DNA from: Promethearchaeum syntrophicum
GTDB lineage: Archaea; Asgardarchaeota; Lokiarchaeia; Sigyniarchaeales; Promethearchaeaceae
DNA length: 24,000 nucleotides
Direction of reading: 5' to 3'
Assembly: GCF_008000775.2 (NCBI RefSeq)
Contig: NZ_CP042905.2
Span: 3,625,723 to 3,649,722, forward strand
Of this stretch, positions 1-8,529 are shown in pieces. Both the position numbers and the translations under genes were made by a program. The notes beneath the pieces were generated by a model. It saw nothing but the letters and a program-made list of their open reading frames with translations, was not told the origin of the DNA and searched no databases. Position 1 is the stretch's first letter, and each line of letters opens with the position of its first letter.

Positions 1-1
1 A

Positions 2-796
2 ATAATTTGTCAAGTTTATAAGCATAATCTTCAAAAAGCCGAAGAATATTACAAAAAAGCCTATGATATCACCAAAAATAACCCAGATTTAGGTCTTCGA
101 GACATGATGATTTATAATATGGCTAATATCTACCAACATTATAAAGGGGATTATCTAATCGCTTACCCCTATTATAAAGAAGGGGCAGAAAATGCCCATA
201 AACAAAATAATCCCATTAGAGAAGCCTTTTTCGTGGATCATATGGCAATGAGTATGCATTGGCAGGAAAAATATGATGAAGCTCTAAAATTATTATACCA
301 ATCTCGAAAAATTGTTGCTCATGAAGCACGAGGTGATCACACACTTTATAATAGAATGTTGGAATCCTTAATTTTTCTTGAATTACATCAATTTTCCAAA
401 GCGTTACAAGGAATGTTGAGTGTTATTGACATTAAAATCATGAATAAAGACGGTTTTACTCACAACGATTATTTGTTATGTTTATCTGATATTGCACGAG
501 AATTACCGGCAGAATTTGAGAAATATCAAGAGAAATTAAAACCTATATTAGAAGATAGTTTTACAGAAGAAGAAATTATTGATAAAGCGGTTGCATTTGC
601 AGAAACTAATGGAAGAGCAGATATCGTAGGAAAATCATGCTTATATAAAGCCAAATGGTTATGGAAAAATGAACAACATGAGGATGCTAAGAAATTACTC
701 AAAAAAGGTTGGAAAATTATTCACGAAGATTATCGAGGTGAAATAGTTCAATTATACAATAAATTTATAAACCAAAATCAGATAATTTTAGATTAG
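2..796 (+). CDS. TPR-like (tetratricopeptide helical repeat) protein, 5'-truncated by the window edge
   Basis: The frame of ORF 104..796 stays open to base 2 (..KHNLQKAEEYYKKAYDITKNNPDLGLRDMMIYNMANIYQHYKGDYLIAYPYYKEGAENA..). Repeated A/Y/G-spaced helical pairs typical of TPR. Confidence 0.75.
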   Translation: MICQVYKHNLQKAEEYYKKAYDITKNNPDLGLRDMMIYNMANIYQHYKGDYLIAYPYYKEGAENAHKQNNPIREAFFVDHMAMSMHWQEKYDEALKLLYQSRKIVAHEARGDHTLYNRMLESLIFLELHQFSKALQGMLSVIDIKIMNKDGFTHNDYLLCLSDIARELPAEFEKYQEKLKPILEDSFTEEEIIDKAVAFAETNGRADIVGKSCLYKAKWLWKNEQHEDAKKLLKKGWKIIHEDYRGEIVQLYNKFINQNQIILD

Positions 797-841
797 ATTT
801 ACAGAATCATACAGCAATTAAAGAAAAAAAGAATTTCCAAC

Positions 842-1267
842 TTAAACTCGTGTGTTTTTGATTTCATAACCACAATGACTACAAAAATAAACGGACAAAT
901 TTTCTATATTTCTATCTATCTCACTTCCACATTGTAGACAGTATTTCTGATTTCTTCGTATTGTGGTTGGTTTTGGTTCTGAAGGAGATTGTGCCCTTCT
1001 TTGTACGTAATGTTGTGTTCTCCCCCTAGATCGAGCCCTAGAAGCCGAAGAAATTGCCCCTATCACACTTATCATAATTATTACCAAATATATCATAGGA
1101 AAACTAAAAACACTCGACCTACCAATGAAGAAGAATATTCCGAGAAAGAATAATATACTCGTTATAGAAGATATAATCAAAAAATTTCTTTGCCTTGGTT
1201 GAGAATTTCCATCATTTTCATTTTCTTCCTGATTTTGGGAAGCTATAATCGGTGTCATCCATGCCAT
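842..1267 (-). CDS. Small membrane protein with two N-terminal TM segments and a C-terminal zinc ribbon (YCLQCGSEIDR...YFCSHCGYEI)
   Basis: ORF 141 aa. Hydrophobic stretches near residues 28-75. CxxC...CxxC ribbon at the C-terminus. Confidence 0.65.
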   Translation of the reverse strand: MAWMTPIIASQNQEENENDGNSQPRQRNFLIISSITSILFFLGIFFFIGRSSVFSFPMIYLVIIMISVIGAISSASRARSRGRTQHYVQRRAQSPSEPKPTTIRRNQKYCLQCGSEIDRNIENLSVYFCSHCGYEIKNTRV

Positions 1268-1326
1268 TATAATTTAAATAAGCGAATTTAGGAATAAAAA
1301 AAAAATCCATAATATTCTAGTACTAC

Positions 1327-1342
1327 CATATGCAACCATATG
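1327..1342. promoter_or_regulatory. Two CATATG palindromes spaced 10 bp apart (1327-1332, 1337-1342) in the divergent intergenic region
   Basis: Direct reading: ccatatgcaaccatatgaaa. Same motif and period as the arrays at 3987 and 5948. Confidence 0.5.
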
Positions 1343-1386
1343 AAAGGTCCATATTAAAAATTAAATAAGAATTCAAATGAACTTAA

Positions 1387-2073
1387 GTGATAACGATGAA
1401 CTTAGGATTTGTAAGATTTAAAAGGAAAAAATACAGGGTAAAACGTGCTAATGATTTTATTACCGGTAAAAAGAGTAGATTTCTAACAATAACTAATAAA
1501 AAAATCGAAGATATTTCTGAAATCGAAGGTTTAGATAAATTAACCGAACTCCAAGTGTTAAATTTAAGTAATAATAACATTTCCGAAATTCGTGGGCTGG
1601 ATTCATTGATAAATTTGCATTCACTGATACTAGATGATAACTCTATTCATCAATTAAAAGGATTAGAACATAATTACAAGCTAAAATATTTATCCATCAA
1701 TAAGAATAAATTAAGGGAAATTACTGGTCTTGAAAATCTAACCCAATTGCTTTATTTACAATTAATGGACAATGAAATTTCAGCGATCTCAGGGTTAGAG
1801 ACTTTGATTAATTTACAGGAATTATATTTGCGTAAAAATCATATTTCTAAAATCAGAGGCTTAGAAAAAGTAAGGTCACTCAAAAAATTAAATTTAGAGA
1901 AAAATCAAATTCAAGATCTTGAGGGATTAGAGAATTTGGAAAATCTATTTTGGATTTTTTTGGGAAAAAATCCGGTTTTTAAAGAAGTAAAGAAGATTAG
2001 TAGAACATTTTTGGGATATGCTAAATATCCCCAACGACTTGTGAAATACTGTAAAGACAATCTTCAAAATTGA
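1387..2073 (+). CDS. Leucine-rich repeat protein, SDS22-like 22-residue repeats
   Basis: Multiple LxxLxxLxLxxNxIxxIxGLexL repeats (e.g. LTELQVLNLSNNNISEIRGLDSL, LINLQELYLRKNHISKIRGLEKV). Start may be GTG 1387 or ATG 1399. Confidence 0.85.
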   Translation: MITMNLGFVRFKRKKYRVKRANDFITGKKSRFLTITNKKIEDISEIEGLDKLTELQVLNLSNNNISEIRGLDSLINLHSLILDDNSIHQLKGLEHNYKLKYLSINKNKLREITGLENLTQLLYLQLMDNEISAISGLETLINLQELYLRKNHISKIRGLEKVRSLKKLNLEKNQIQDLEGLENLENLFWIFLGKNPVFKEVKKISRTFLGYAKYPQRLVKYCKDNLQN

Positions 2074-2322
2074 AACTGAGAATAATTGAAAGATCCCATA
2101 ATTCTTTGGGATTTTCTTTACTACTTTCTTCCAGAACTCACAATATTTCTTTTTCGAAATTCATGTTCACTAATTTCACCTTAGTGGAAATAAAATCTAT
2201 CAAAATCCGAACGATTTTAAATCCCATAAAATCCACGAGAATACACATATTCTTATTCATAAATGAGAGTATATCCTTGAATCAACCATATATTATCAAA
2301 ATATAAGCCAAAAGTGAAAAAA

Positions 2323-2374
2323 TAACCGATATATTCTCGGTTAGTGGTCATCTGAACCTAAATGTTGATGACCA
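2323..2374. terminator. Pair of adjacent hairpins between convergent genes: TAACCGA/TCGGTTA (2323-2329/2337-2343) and TGGTCATC/GATGACCA (2345-2352/2367-2374)
   Basis: Perfect inverted repeats read directly. Counterpart at 4287-4336 in the duplicate. Terminator role is inferred. Confidence 0.4.
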
Positions 2375-2410
2375 TAACATTGGGTTGATTACTTTTATTT
2401 GAAAAAAATA

Positions 2411-3964
2411 TTATTCTTCGACTAAATTTTTCTTTTTGTTTCTATATTCTCTAAACCACGGAATTGCTAATGTGATGGATGTCAAGATCCCCATAAAAAC
2501 AAGATAAAATTGTTGAAATAGTATGTATTTATTAAATTCACCAAAATACATATCTGGGATATTTTCATAAGTCCAATTGCTCAGTACTCTAATTAATATA
2601 TTTGGAATGAATACAAATACATTTAGAAGCAGTGCTCCCAAATAAATATTTTTCTTGAATTTGTGTTCTATGAAAAGCAATCCGAAATTAATGATTCCAA
2701 GTATTATTATTGAGATCGTATAAAATGACCACCCATACATCCAAGACGGAATAATTCCAATTAACTCAATAAAATATATCATTTTGAGATAATTGTCATC
2801 GTTACTCAGTTCTTCTTTTAAATTACTTGAATTTATGAACAATTGAATCAAAGCCATAACTTGGAACATAATAAACACTATCCCACTAAAACTAAAAAGG
2901 ATAGTAAGTTCTGCCCACCTGAAAGGAAAATAAAAAACAAAATCAGATATAGCAAATAAGCTTCCCGAAATAAATATTCCATAGAGAATTAATGGTAAAT
3001 TAATTTTAATTTTGGATGCATTTCTATATTTTACAACGATGACACCAATCACTGCACTTAATATGGTAATAATTAGAAATTGTGTGATAAAACTATAACC
3101 AACAAAAACGGACACAAAATTTCCTACAGTAAAATAGAAAGTGAAGAATAAAAGATTCAATTGATCTTTTTTAGATCCCGAAAGAAGGGAAACTCCAATT
3201 CCCAAACAACTGACTATGAATATCACCAAAAATAAAGCTTGAGGACTTTCTACAATTTTTGTCCCGAGATCAGTTTCTCTCCAATAAGTAAAAGAGAGGA
3301 TTCCCAGAAAACAAAGATATTGAATACCAAATAAAATTACATTTTTACCTTTCTCTTGATCACGGGGTTTAAGGGACAGCCAAATAGAAATTATTGCAAT
3401 AATGATGCTAATTGATAACAGAACATAAAAAATAATTTCGAAGGTATGATTGTATCCCCAAAGAATTCCTACAAGATGTGAAGTGAAAATTAGAATGATA
3501 TCCAGAATTATTATTAGGATAGAAAAAATCATTGAAAACTTAATCTCCTTTCCAGCAACCGAGATGCGATATAAACTTGGTTCGGAGGATTTTTCACTTG
3601 TATCTTCCGCATTCATTCCTGATTTAATTTGAATATTTTTTTGTTCCTTTTTATTTATTCCAATGAGAAACACTATAAGAATTAAAATCAGGGTGACTGC
3701 CATTATAAAAGGAATAAAATCAGCTTGGAAAAAATCAGAGAAAAAATTTGAAATTATTCCCGAAATTGAATCAATTCCCATTGTACTTCCTAAATTATTC
3801 AATTTTACTGTAAGGTATGCAAAAAAAACATAGGGAATAAATATCATCAATAAAAATTGTAAATTTTTCTTAAATTGGATTCTATTTTTTCCTTTTTCTT
3901 CCTGAGTTTGGGAAGCCAGTATGGGTGCTTTCGACGCCATAAATGTATTAAATGAAAACGACAA
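2411..3964 (-). CDS. Multi-pass (about 12 or more TM) membrane protein of unknown function, paralog A
   Basis: ORF 517 aa, highly hydrophobic, closely similar along its full length to ORF 4375..5925. Probable true start is Met9 (~3940), MASKAPILASQ. Confidence 0.8.
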   Translation of the reverse strand: MSFSFNTFMASKAPILASQTQEEKGKNRIQFKKNLQFLLMIFIPYVFFAYLTVKLNNLGSTMGIDSISGIISNFFSDFFQADFIPFIMAVTLILILIVFLIGINKKEQKNIQIKSGMNAEDTSEKSSEPSLYRISVAGKEIKFSMIFSILIIILDIILIFTSHLVGILWGYNHTFEIIFYVLLSISIIIAIISIWLSLKPRDQEKGKNVILFGIQYLCFLGILSFTYWRETDLGTKIVESPQALFLVIFIVSCLGIGVSLLSGSKKDQLNLLFFTFYFTVGNFVSVFVGYSFITQFLIITILSAVIGVIVVKYRNASKIKINLPLILYGIFISGSLFAISDFVFYFPFRWAELTILFSFSGIVFIMFQVMALIQLFINSSNLKEELSNDDNYLKMIYFIELIGIIPSWMYGWSFYTISIIILGIINFGLLFIEHKFKKNIYLGALLLNVFVFIPNILIRVLSNWTYENIPDMYFGEFNKYILFQQFYLVFMGILTSITLAIPWFREYRNKKKNLVEE

Positions 3965-3986
3965 TATAGTTAGATCCCTTTATATT

Positions 3987-4012
3987 CATATGACACCATA
4001 TGATACCATATG
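3987..4012. promoter_or_regulatory. Three CATATG palindromes at exact 10-bp period (3987, 3997, 4007), upstream of paralog A
   Basis: cCATATGacacCATATGatacCATATGatgc read directly (first site preceded by att). The layout is conserved in the paralog B upstream region. Confidence 0.6.
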
Positions 4013-4017
4013 ATGCC

Positions 4018-4140
4018 TTATGATTTTTCATTGATTTTTTCAATTTTATTTTTATGAAATTCCTTCTTGGTTTTTTCTGCTAAATGGGGGGAGAATAAAT
4101 GGTAAAGCTATCCAATAGAATGGAATAAGACACAGTTCAA
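4018..4140 (-). pseudogene. 3'-end remnant of an MFS transporter gene (copy of the end of 5979..7328)
   Basis: Reverse complement encodes ..IPFYWIALPFIL / AEKTKKEFHKNKIEKINEKS*, matching IPFYWIAVTFILPHLAEKTKKELHNDKIEKTNEKS*. An extra G in the G-run (6 vs 5) gives a frameshift. Confidence 0.85.
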
Positions 4141-4141
4141 C

Positions 4142-4215
4142 AAGCAAAGAAGATTAGCAGAATCTTCATGGGATTTCCTAAATATCCTTAAAGACTTGTG
4201 AAATATTGTAGAACC
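4142..4215 (+). pseudogene. 3'-end remnant of the LRR gene (copy of the end of 1387..2073)
   Basis: gcaaagaagattagcagaatcttcatgggatttcctaaatatcct-taa-agacttgtgaaatattgtag encodes AKKISRIFMGFPKYP*RLVKYCR, matching VKKISRTFLGYAKYPQRLVKYCK. Confidence 0.8.
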
Positions 4216-4286
4216 AAAGCACATTATGAATGAATGTGGTTAAATCAACAAGAAATTATCATCCCATAAGCAAAAAGTGAAAAAAA

Positions 4287-4336
4287 ACCGAGTTATTCTC
4301 GGTCAGTGGTCATCTGGACCTCAAAGCAGATGATCA
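4287..4336. terminator. Duplicate of the twin-hairpin element: ACCGAG/CTCGGT (4287-4292/4298-4303) and TGGTCATC/GATGATCA (4307-4314/4329-4336)
   Basis: Inverted repeats read directly, homologous to 2323-2374. Confidence 0.4.
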
Positions 4337-4374
4337 TAGCATCGGGTTAATTACTTCTATCTGTAAAAAAAATA

Positions 4375-5925
4375 TTATTCTTCGACTAGATTTTTCTTTT
4401 TGTTTCTATATTCTTTAAACCACGGAATTGCTAATGTGATGGATGTCAAAATCCCCATAATAACAATATAAAATGGTTGATATTCTACGTATTCGTATCC
4501 ACTAAGGTCACTTTCATAGATCCAATTGCTCAATAATATAATTAATATATTTGTAATGAATACAATTAAATTAAGAAGCAACGCTCCCAAATTAATATTT
4601 TTCTTGAATTTATGTTCCGTGAAAAGTAATCCGAAATTAAGGATTCCGAGTATTATTATTGAGATCGTATAAATTGACCACCCTTCCATCCAAGACGGAA
4701 AAATTCCAATTAACTCAATAAAATATAACATTTTAAGATAATTGTCATCGTTACTCAGTTCTTCTTTTAAATTACTTGAATTTATGAACAATTGAATCAA
4801 AGCCATAGCTTGGAACACAATAAACACAATCCCAATAAAAATAAAATGGATGGTAAGTTCTGCACTCCTGAAAGAACTTCCTAAAATAAATTCATAGATA
4901 GCAAAAGAGCTTCCCGAAATAATTAATCCATAGAGAATTAGCGGTAAATTAATTTTAATTTTGGAATTATTTTTATACTTAATAACAATGAAACCAATCA
5001 CTGCACTTAATATGCTAAAAATTAGAAATTGTTTAATATACAGTAAACCGGCATTATATCCAAAAACGGACACAAAATTTCCTACTGTAAAATAGAAACT
5101 GAAGAATAAAATATTCAATTGATCTTTCTTAGATCCCGAAAGAAGGGAAACTCCAATTCCCAGACAACTGACTACAAATATCACCAAAAATAATAATTGA
5201 GGACTTTCTACTATTTTTATTCCATTACCGAAACCAGTTTCACTCCAATAAGTTAAAGAGAGAATTACCAGAAAACAAAGATATTGAATTCCAAATAAAA
5301 TTAAATTTTTACCTTTCTCTTGCTCACGGGGTTTAAGAGAGAGCCAAATAGAAATTATTGCAATAATGATGCTAATTGATAGCAGAATATAAAAAATAAT
5401 TTCGGAAGTTTGATTATATCCCCAAAGAATTCCTACAAGATGTGCAGTGAACATTAGAATGATATCCAGAATCAATATTATTATAGAAAAAATCAGCGAA
5501 AACTTAATCTCCTTTCCAGCAACCGAGATGCGATATAAAATTGGTTCGGCGGATTTTTCACTTGTTTCTTCCGCCTTCATTCCCGATTTAAATTGATTTT
5601 TTTTATGTTCCTTTTTACTTATTACAATGATAAACGCTATAAGAATTAAAATCATGGTGACTGCAATTATATAAGGAAGGAAATCAGCTTGGAAAATATC
5701 AGAGAAAAATCTTGAAATAATTTCCCAAAATGAATCAACTCCCAGTCTATATCCTATATATTTCAATTTTAATGAGAAGTATGCTAGAAAAACATAGGGA
5801 ATAAATATCATCAAAAAAATGTGTAAATTGTTCTTAAATTGAATTTTTGTTTCATTTTCTTCCGAAGTGTGGGAAGCCAGTATGGGTGCTTTCGACGCCA
5901 TAAATGTGATAAACGAAAACGACAA
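4375..5925 (-). CDS. Multi-pass membrane protein of unknown function, paralog B
   Basis: ORF 516 aa, strongly similar to 2411..3964 from N- to C-terminus (identical tail LAIPW(F)...EYRNKKKNLVEE). Met9 (~5901) is the likely start. Confidence 0.8.
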   Translation of the reverse strand: MSFSFITFMASKAPILASHTSEENETKIQFKNNLHIFLMIFIPYVFLAYFSLKLKYIGYRLGVDSFWEIISRFFSDIFQADFLPYIIAVTMILILIAFIIVISKKEHKKNQFKSGMKAEETSEKSAEPILYRISVAGKEIKFSLIFSIIILILDIILMFTAHLVGILWGYNQTSEIIFYILLSISIIIAIISIWLSLKPREQEKGKNLILFGIQYLCFLVILSLTYWSETGFGNGIKIVESPQLLFLVIFVVSCLGIGVSLLSGSKKDQLNILFFSFYFTVGNFVSVFGYNAGLLYIKQFLIFSILSAVIGFIVIKYKNNSKIKINLPLILYGLIISGSSFAIYEFILGSSFRSAELTIHFIFIGIVFIVFQAMALIQLFINSSNLKEELSNDDNYLKMLYFIELIGIFPSWMEGWSIYTISIIILGILNFGLLFTEHKFKKNINLGALLLNLIVFITNILIILLSNWIYESDLSGYEYVEYQPFYIVIMGILTSITLAIPWFKEYRNKKKNLVEE

Positions 5926-5947
5926 TATAGTTAGATCCCTTCATATT

Positions 5948-5973
5948 CATATGATACCATATGTCACCATATG
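5948..5973. promoter_or_regulatory. Three CATATG palindromes at exact 10-bp period (5948, 5958, 5968), upstream of paralog B and ending 5 nt short of the MFS stop codon
   Basis: ttCATATGatacCATATGtcacCATATGatgc read directly. Confidence 0.6.
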
Positions 5974-5978
5974 ATGCC

Positions 5979-7328
5979 TTATGATTTTTCATTTGTTTTT
6001 TCTATTTTATCATTATGAAGTTCTTTCTTGGTTTTTTCTGCTAAATGGGGGAGAATAAAGGTTACAGCAATCCAATAGAAAGGGATTAGACATAACTCAA
6101 CATATATAGAAATCAGGAAGGGTGCTGTGGGATCAATTTTATCCCATGCTAAGCCGCCAAAAAGAGGTCCAGCAATATTACCAATATTAATGAATAATTT
6201 TTGAAGACCAAAGATTTTTCCTCTATTATTTATAGAAATCCTGCTAAGTAGATTTTGCACTGAGAGCCCAGCAACGGATGCAATAGTAGTATCTAGAGTC
6301 CACAGAATAGCAATCATTACTAATGAGTCTGTATTAAGGAAGAAATACGTAGTAATAGCCCCAAATACACTTGAAATTGTGATTGCTAATGCAGGATTAA
6401 ACCTATCAACAAAACTTCCAATTTTTGGAGCAAGAGTAAATGAAATAATACCACCGGGGAGATAAGCAAATAAGAGTGCATTTGGATTATTCGAAATATT
6501 GTCTAAAATATAGATTTGAATAAAGGGTTGAGCGATCGACCCATTTAAACTCGCTAAGAATAGAACAATTAATAGAAATACGAACCCTAAAATTAAAAAT
6601 TTTGATTGTGAATTTCCATTCTTTTGGAACAATTCCTCAGTGAATGAATCTGAATTTAGATTGTCTTTCCTAAATTTTATAGATTCATCAACATTTCGGA
6701 CAAATTGAGTACCGGCATACATATTTCCTAATCCAAAAAGAATCATTGGAGAGAAAAGCAAAAAGACTGGCCAATTTAGTCCAGTTCCAAATCCAAAAAG
6801 TGTAAACCCAATAAAGGATCCGATCATTACACCTTTTCCCATTTCCTGGTCTCGCTTACCGAAGGCATAACTCCTATTTTCTCTGTTTGATTTTTCTGAA
6901 ATCAGAGTGTCAAAGGGAATCCAAAAAAAACCAACCCCAAAACCTAGTGAAAATGTCCCTACACTAAGTAAAGTTAATGATTGTGCTAAGGTGGCTATGT
7001 AAATGATAAAATATGAGATTCCTCTACCCCAAGACCCAACTAATATTAATTTAGTTTTTGAGAATTTTGAATTATCAGTTAAGATCCCAACAAATAGAGA
7101 AGAAAACATATATCCAAATATTTGTACTGAAGCCAAAAATCCAATTTGAAATCCCGTTGCTGTTAATGTTTCGTTAGCAATATAAGGAACAAGAAATGTA
7201 ATATAGAACAGTCCTAAACTATTATAAAACACTATTTTTATCATTGAGTTAAAATCTTCAGTAGTTTTTGGAAGCGCCTTTCTGTCAGCTGTTGTTATTT
7301 CGTCTATAATTTTGGGTATATCGGTCAT
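5979..7328 (-). CDS. Major facilitator superfamily (MFS) transporter
   Basis: 449 aa with ~12 hydrophobic segments and MFS-like architecture (GFLASVQIFGYMFSSLFVGILTDNSKFSKTKLILVG, GLSVQNLLSRISINNRGKIFGLQ). Confidence 0.8.
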   Translation of the reverse strand: MTDIPKIIDEITTADRKALPKTTEDFNSMIKIVFYNSLGLFYITFLVPYIANETLTATGFQIGFLASVQIFGYMFSSLFVGILTDNSKFSKTKLILVGSWGRGISYFIIYIATLAQSLTLLSVGTFSLGFGVGFFWIPFDTLISEKSNRENRSYAFGKRDQEMGKGVMIGSFIGFTLFGFGTGLNWPVFLLFSPMILFGLGNMYAGTQFVRNVDESIKFRKDNLNSDSFTEELFQKNGNSQSKFLILGFVFLLIVLFLASLNGSIAQPFIQIYILDNISNNPNALLFAYLPGGIISFTLAPKIGSFVDRFNPALAITISSVFGAITTYFFLNTDSLVMIAILWTLDTTIASVAGLSVQNLLSRISINNRGKIFGLQKLFINIGNIAGPLFGGLAWDKIDPTAPFLISIYVELCLIPFYWIAVTFILPHLAEKTKKELHNDKIEKTNEKS

Positions 7329-7418
7329 TGGTATTTCACGTTTCTTTTTAAAATCTCAATAATCACTATGAGGTTATGTCAATAGATAATACTTCAACGT
7401 AGTTACTGCCATTTGTTA

Positions 7419-8078
7419 TCAAATTAAGAAAGTACAATCTTTAGCATAGAAAAGCAATAATCCACTTTTAAATTTCACTTTTATTGACCCATTTGCTACA
7501 TTACTCAAAGTCAAAGTTGATGAGAGTTCTACAGTTTTATTCTTTAAATCATAATTACTTCCTGTTATTGATACACCAGTGCATTTACTAAATGGGATTA
7601 AAGAAAAAATCGTGTTTGGTTTTAATTCTATGATTGATTCAGAATCAGATTCTAACGCCCATAAAACACCATTAGGGGTTAAAATTTTAATGAAAATTGG
7701 TTTTTTAAATAATAACAATGCATTAAATAGAAAATGATCAAGCCGCGCACCGCTGCTGTTTAGAATTATCATTTCTTGGAATTTTCTTTTCAATGCGAAA
7801 TCAATGGCTAATTCAGTATCAGATTTATCCTTATCACTTTTAAATCTTAAAATTTTATCATTAGAATATTTTTTTAAAATATCGGGCTCAACCGAATCAA
7901 AATCTCCAATTATTTTTGAGATTGGGATTTTAAGTTTATCGCAAATCTCAAGACCCTTATCGATTGCGTAAATCGTGTCTTTTCTCACATCAATTATGTT
8001 TTCTTTAACGAATTTCAAATATTCATAGTTAATTTCTGGTGAACCACTAATTAAGAAAGCTCTTGGATATGATTTCAT
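7419..8078 (-). CDS. Thiamine pyrophosphokinase family protein
   Basis: 219 aa. Hallmarks: AIDKG, IGDFDSV, DKDKSDTELAIDFA, GARLDHFLFNALLL. Confidence 0.85.
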   Translation of the reverse strand: MKSYPRAFLISGSPEINYEYLKFVKENIIDVRKDTIYAIDKGLEICDKLKIPISKIIGDFDSVEPDILKKYSNDKILRFKSDKDKSDTELAIDFALKRKFQEMIILNSSGARLDHFLFNALLLFKKPIFIKILTPNGVLWALESDSESIIELKPNTIFSLIPFSKCTGVSITGSNYDLKNKTVELSSTLTLSNVANGSIKVKFKSGLLLFYAKDCTFLI

Positions 8079-8142
8079 CGAATAAAGAAAAAATGAAAAC
8101 CATTTAAAATATCTTATTTTTTAAATCTAATGTGAAAAAAAT

Positions 8143-8529
8143 ATGGAAACAACTAAATCAGTTCTTAGTTCACTCGTGAGTCTGCTTCGAACATATGGTC
8201 ACAGATTGCTTGCAGAATTAACGGATGAAGAAATACATTGGGTACCTTCTCAAACCAGAGGACGTTCCATTTATAGTTATTTCCTCCATTTGATCAATTC
8301 AGAATACTATTGGTTCAAGGATTTTGGTTTTTCAACCCCAGAATACCTTGGGAAAGATGCACCTTTTGACGAGCTTTTGCAGAGTTATAATGATCTGGAG
8401 AACTATCTGATCGAAACGATTCATAATATACCAGATGATCAATTTTTTTTACCTACTAAATTTTTGGAAATTAGTATTTTTAGGAAAAACTATAACATCT
8501 ATTTTTTATTTTATGAAATTGTTACTTAA
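8143..8529 (+). CDS. DinB/YfiT-like protein, short and possibly C-terminally truncated or degenerate
   Basis: N-terminal LLRTYGHRLLAELTDEEIHWVPSQTRGRSIYSYFLHLINSEYYW resembles DinB four-helix proteins. The expected C-terminal His-containing helix is absent. Confidence 0.5.
   Translation: METTKSVLSSLVSLLRTYGHRLLAELTDEEIHWVPSQTRGRSIYSYFLHLINSEYYWFKDFGFSTPEYLGKDAPFDELLQSYNDLENYLIETIHNIPDDQFFLPTKFLEISIFRKNYNIYFLFYEIVT

Larger units (their letters stand above)
1986..6100. repeat. Two-copy direct tandem duplication: unit 1 ~1986-4140, unit 2 ~4142-~6100
   Basis: Co-linear similarity: LRR 3' end, twin hairpins, TM gene, CATATG array, MFS 3' end. Unit 1 carries ~170-200 nt extra around 2080-2270. 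Confidence 0.85.

Noticed and set aside
1383-1580. Minus-strand ORF 65 aa antisense to the LRR gene
   Set aside because: Fully inside a well-supported LRR coding region on the opposite strand; no domain features.
2070-2306. Plus-strand ORF 78 aa
   Set aside because: Spans the spacer segment largely missing from the second duplication unit; low-complexity composition and no conservation in the duplicate.
3450-3632. Plus-strand ORF antisense to membrane paralog A
   Set aside because: Opposite strand of a conserved paralogous CDS; likely chance.
8185-8200. Single CATATG near 8190 in the DinB-like ORF
   Set aside because: Isolated, unphased, inside coding sequence; expected by chance in AT-rich DNA.
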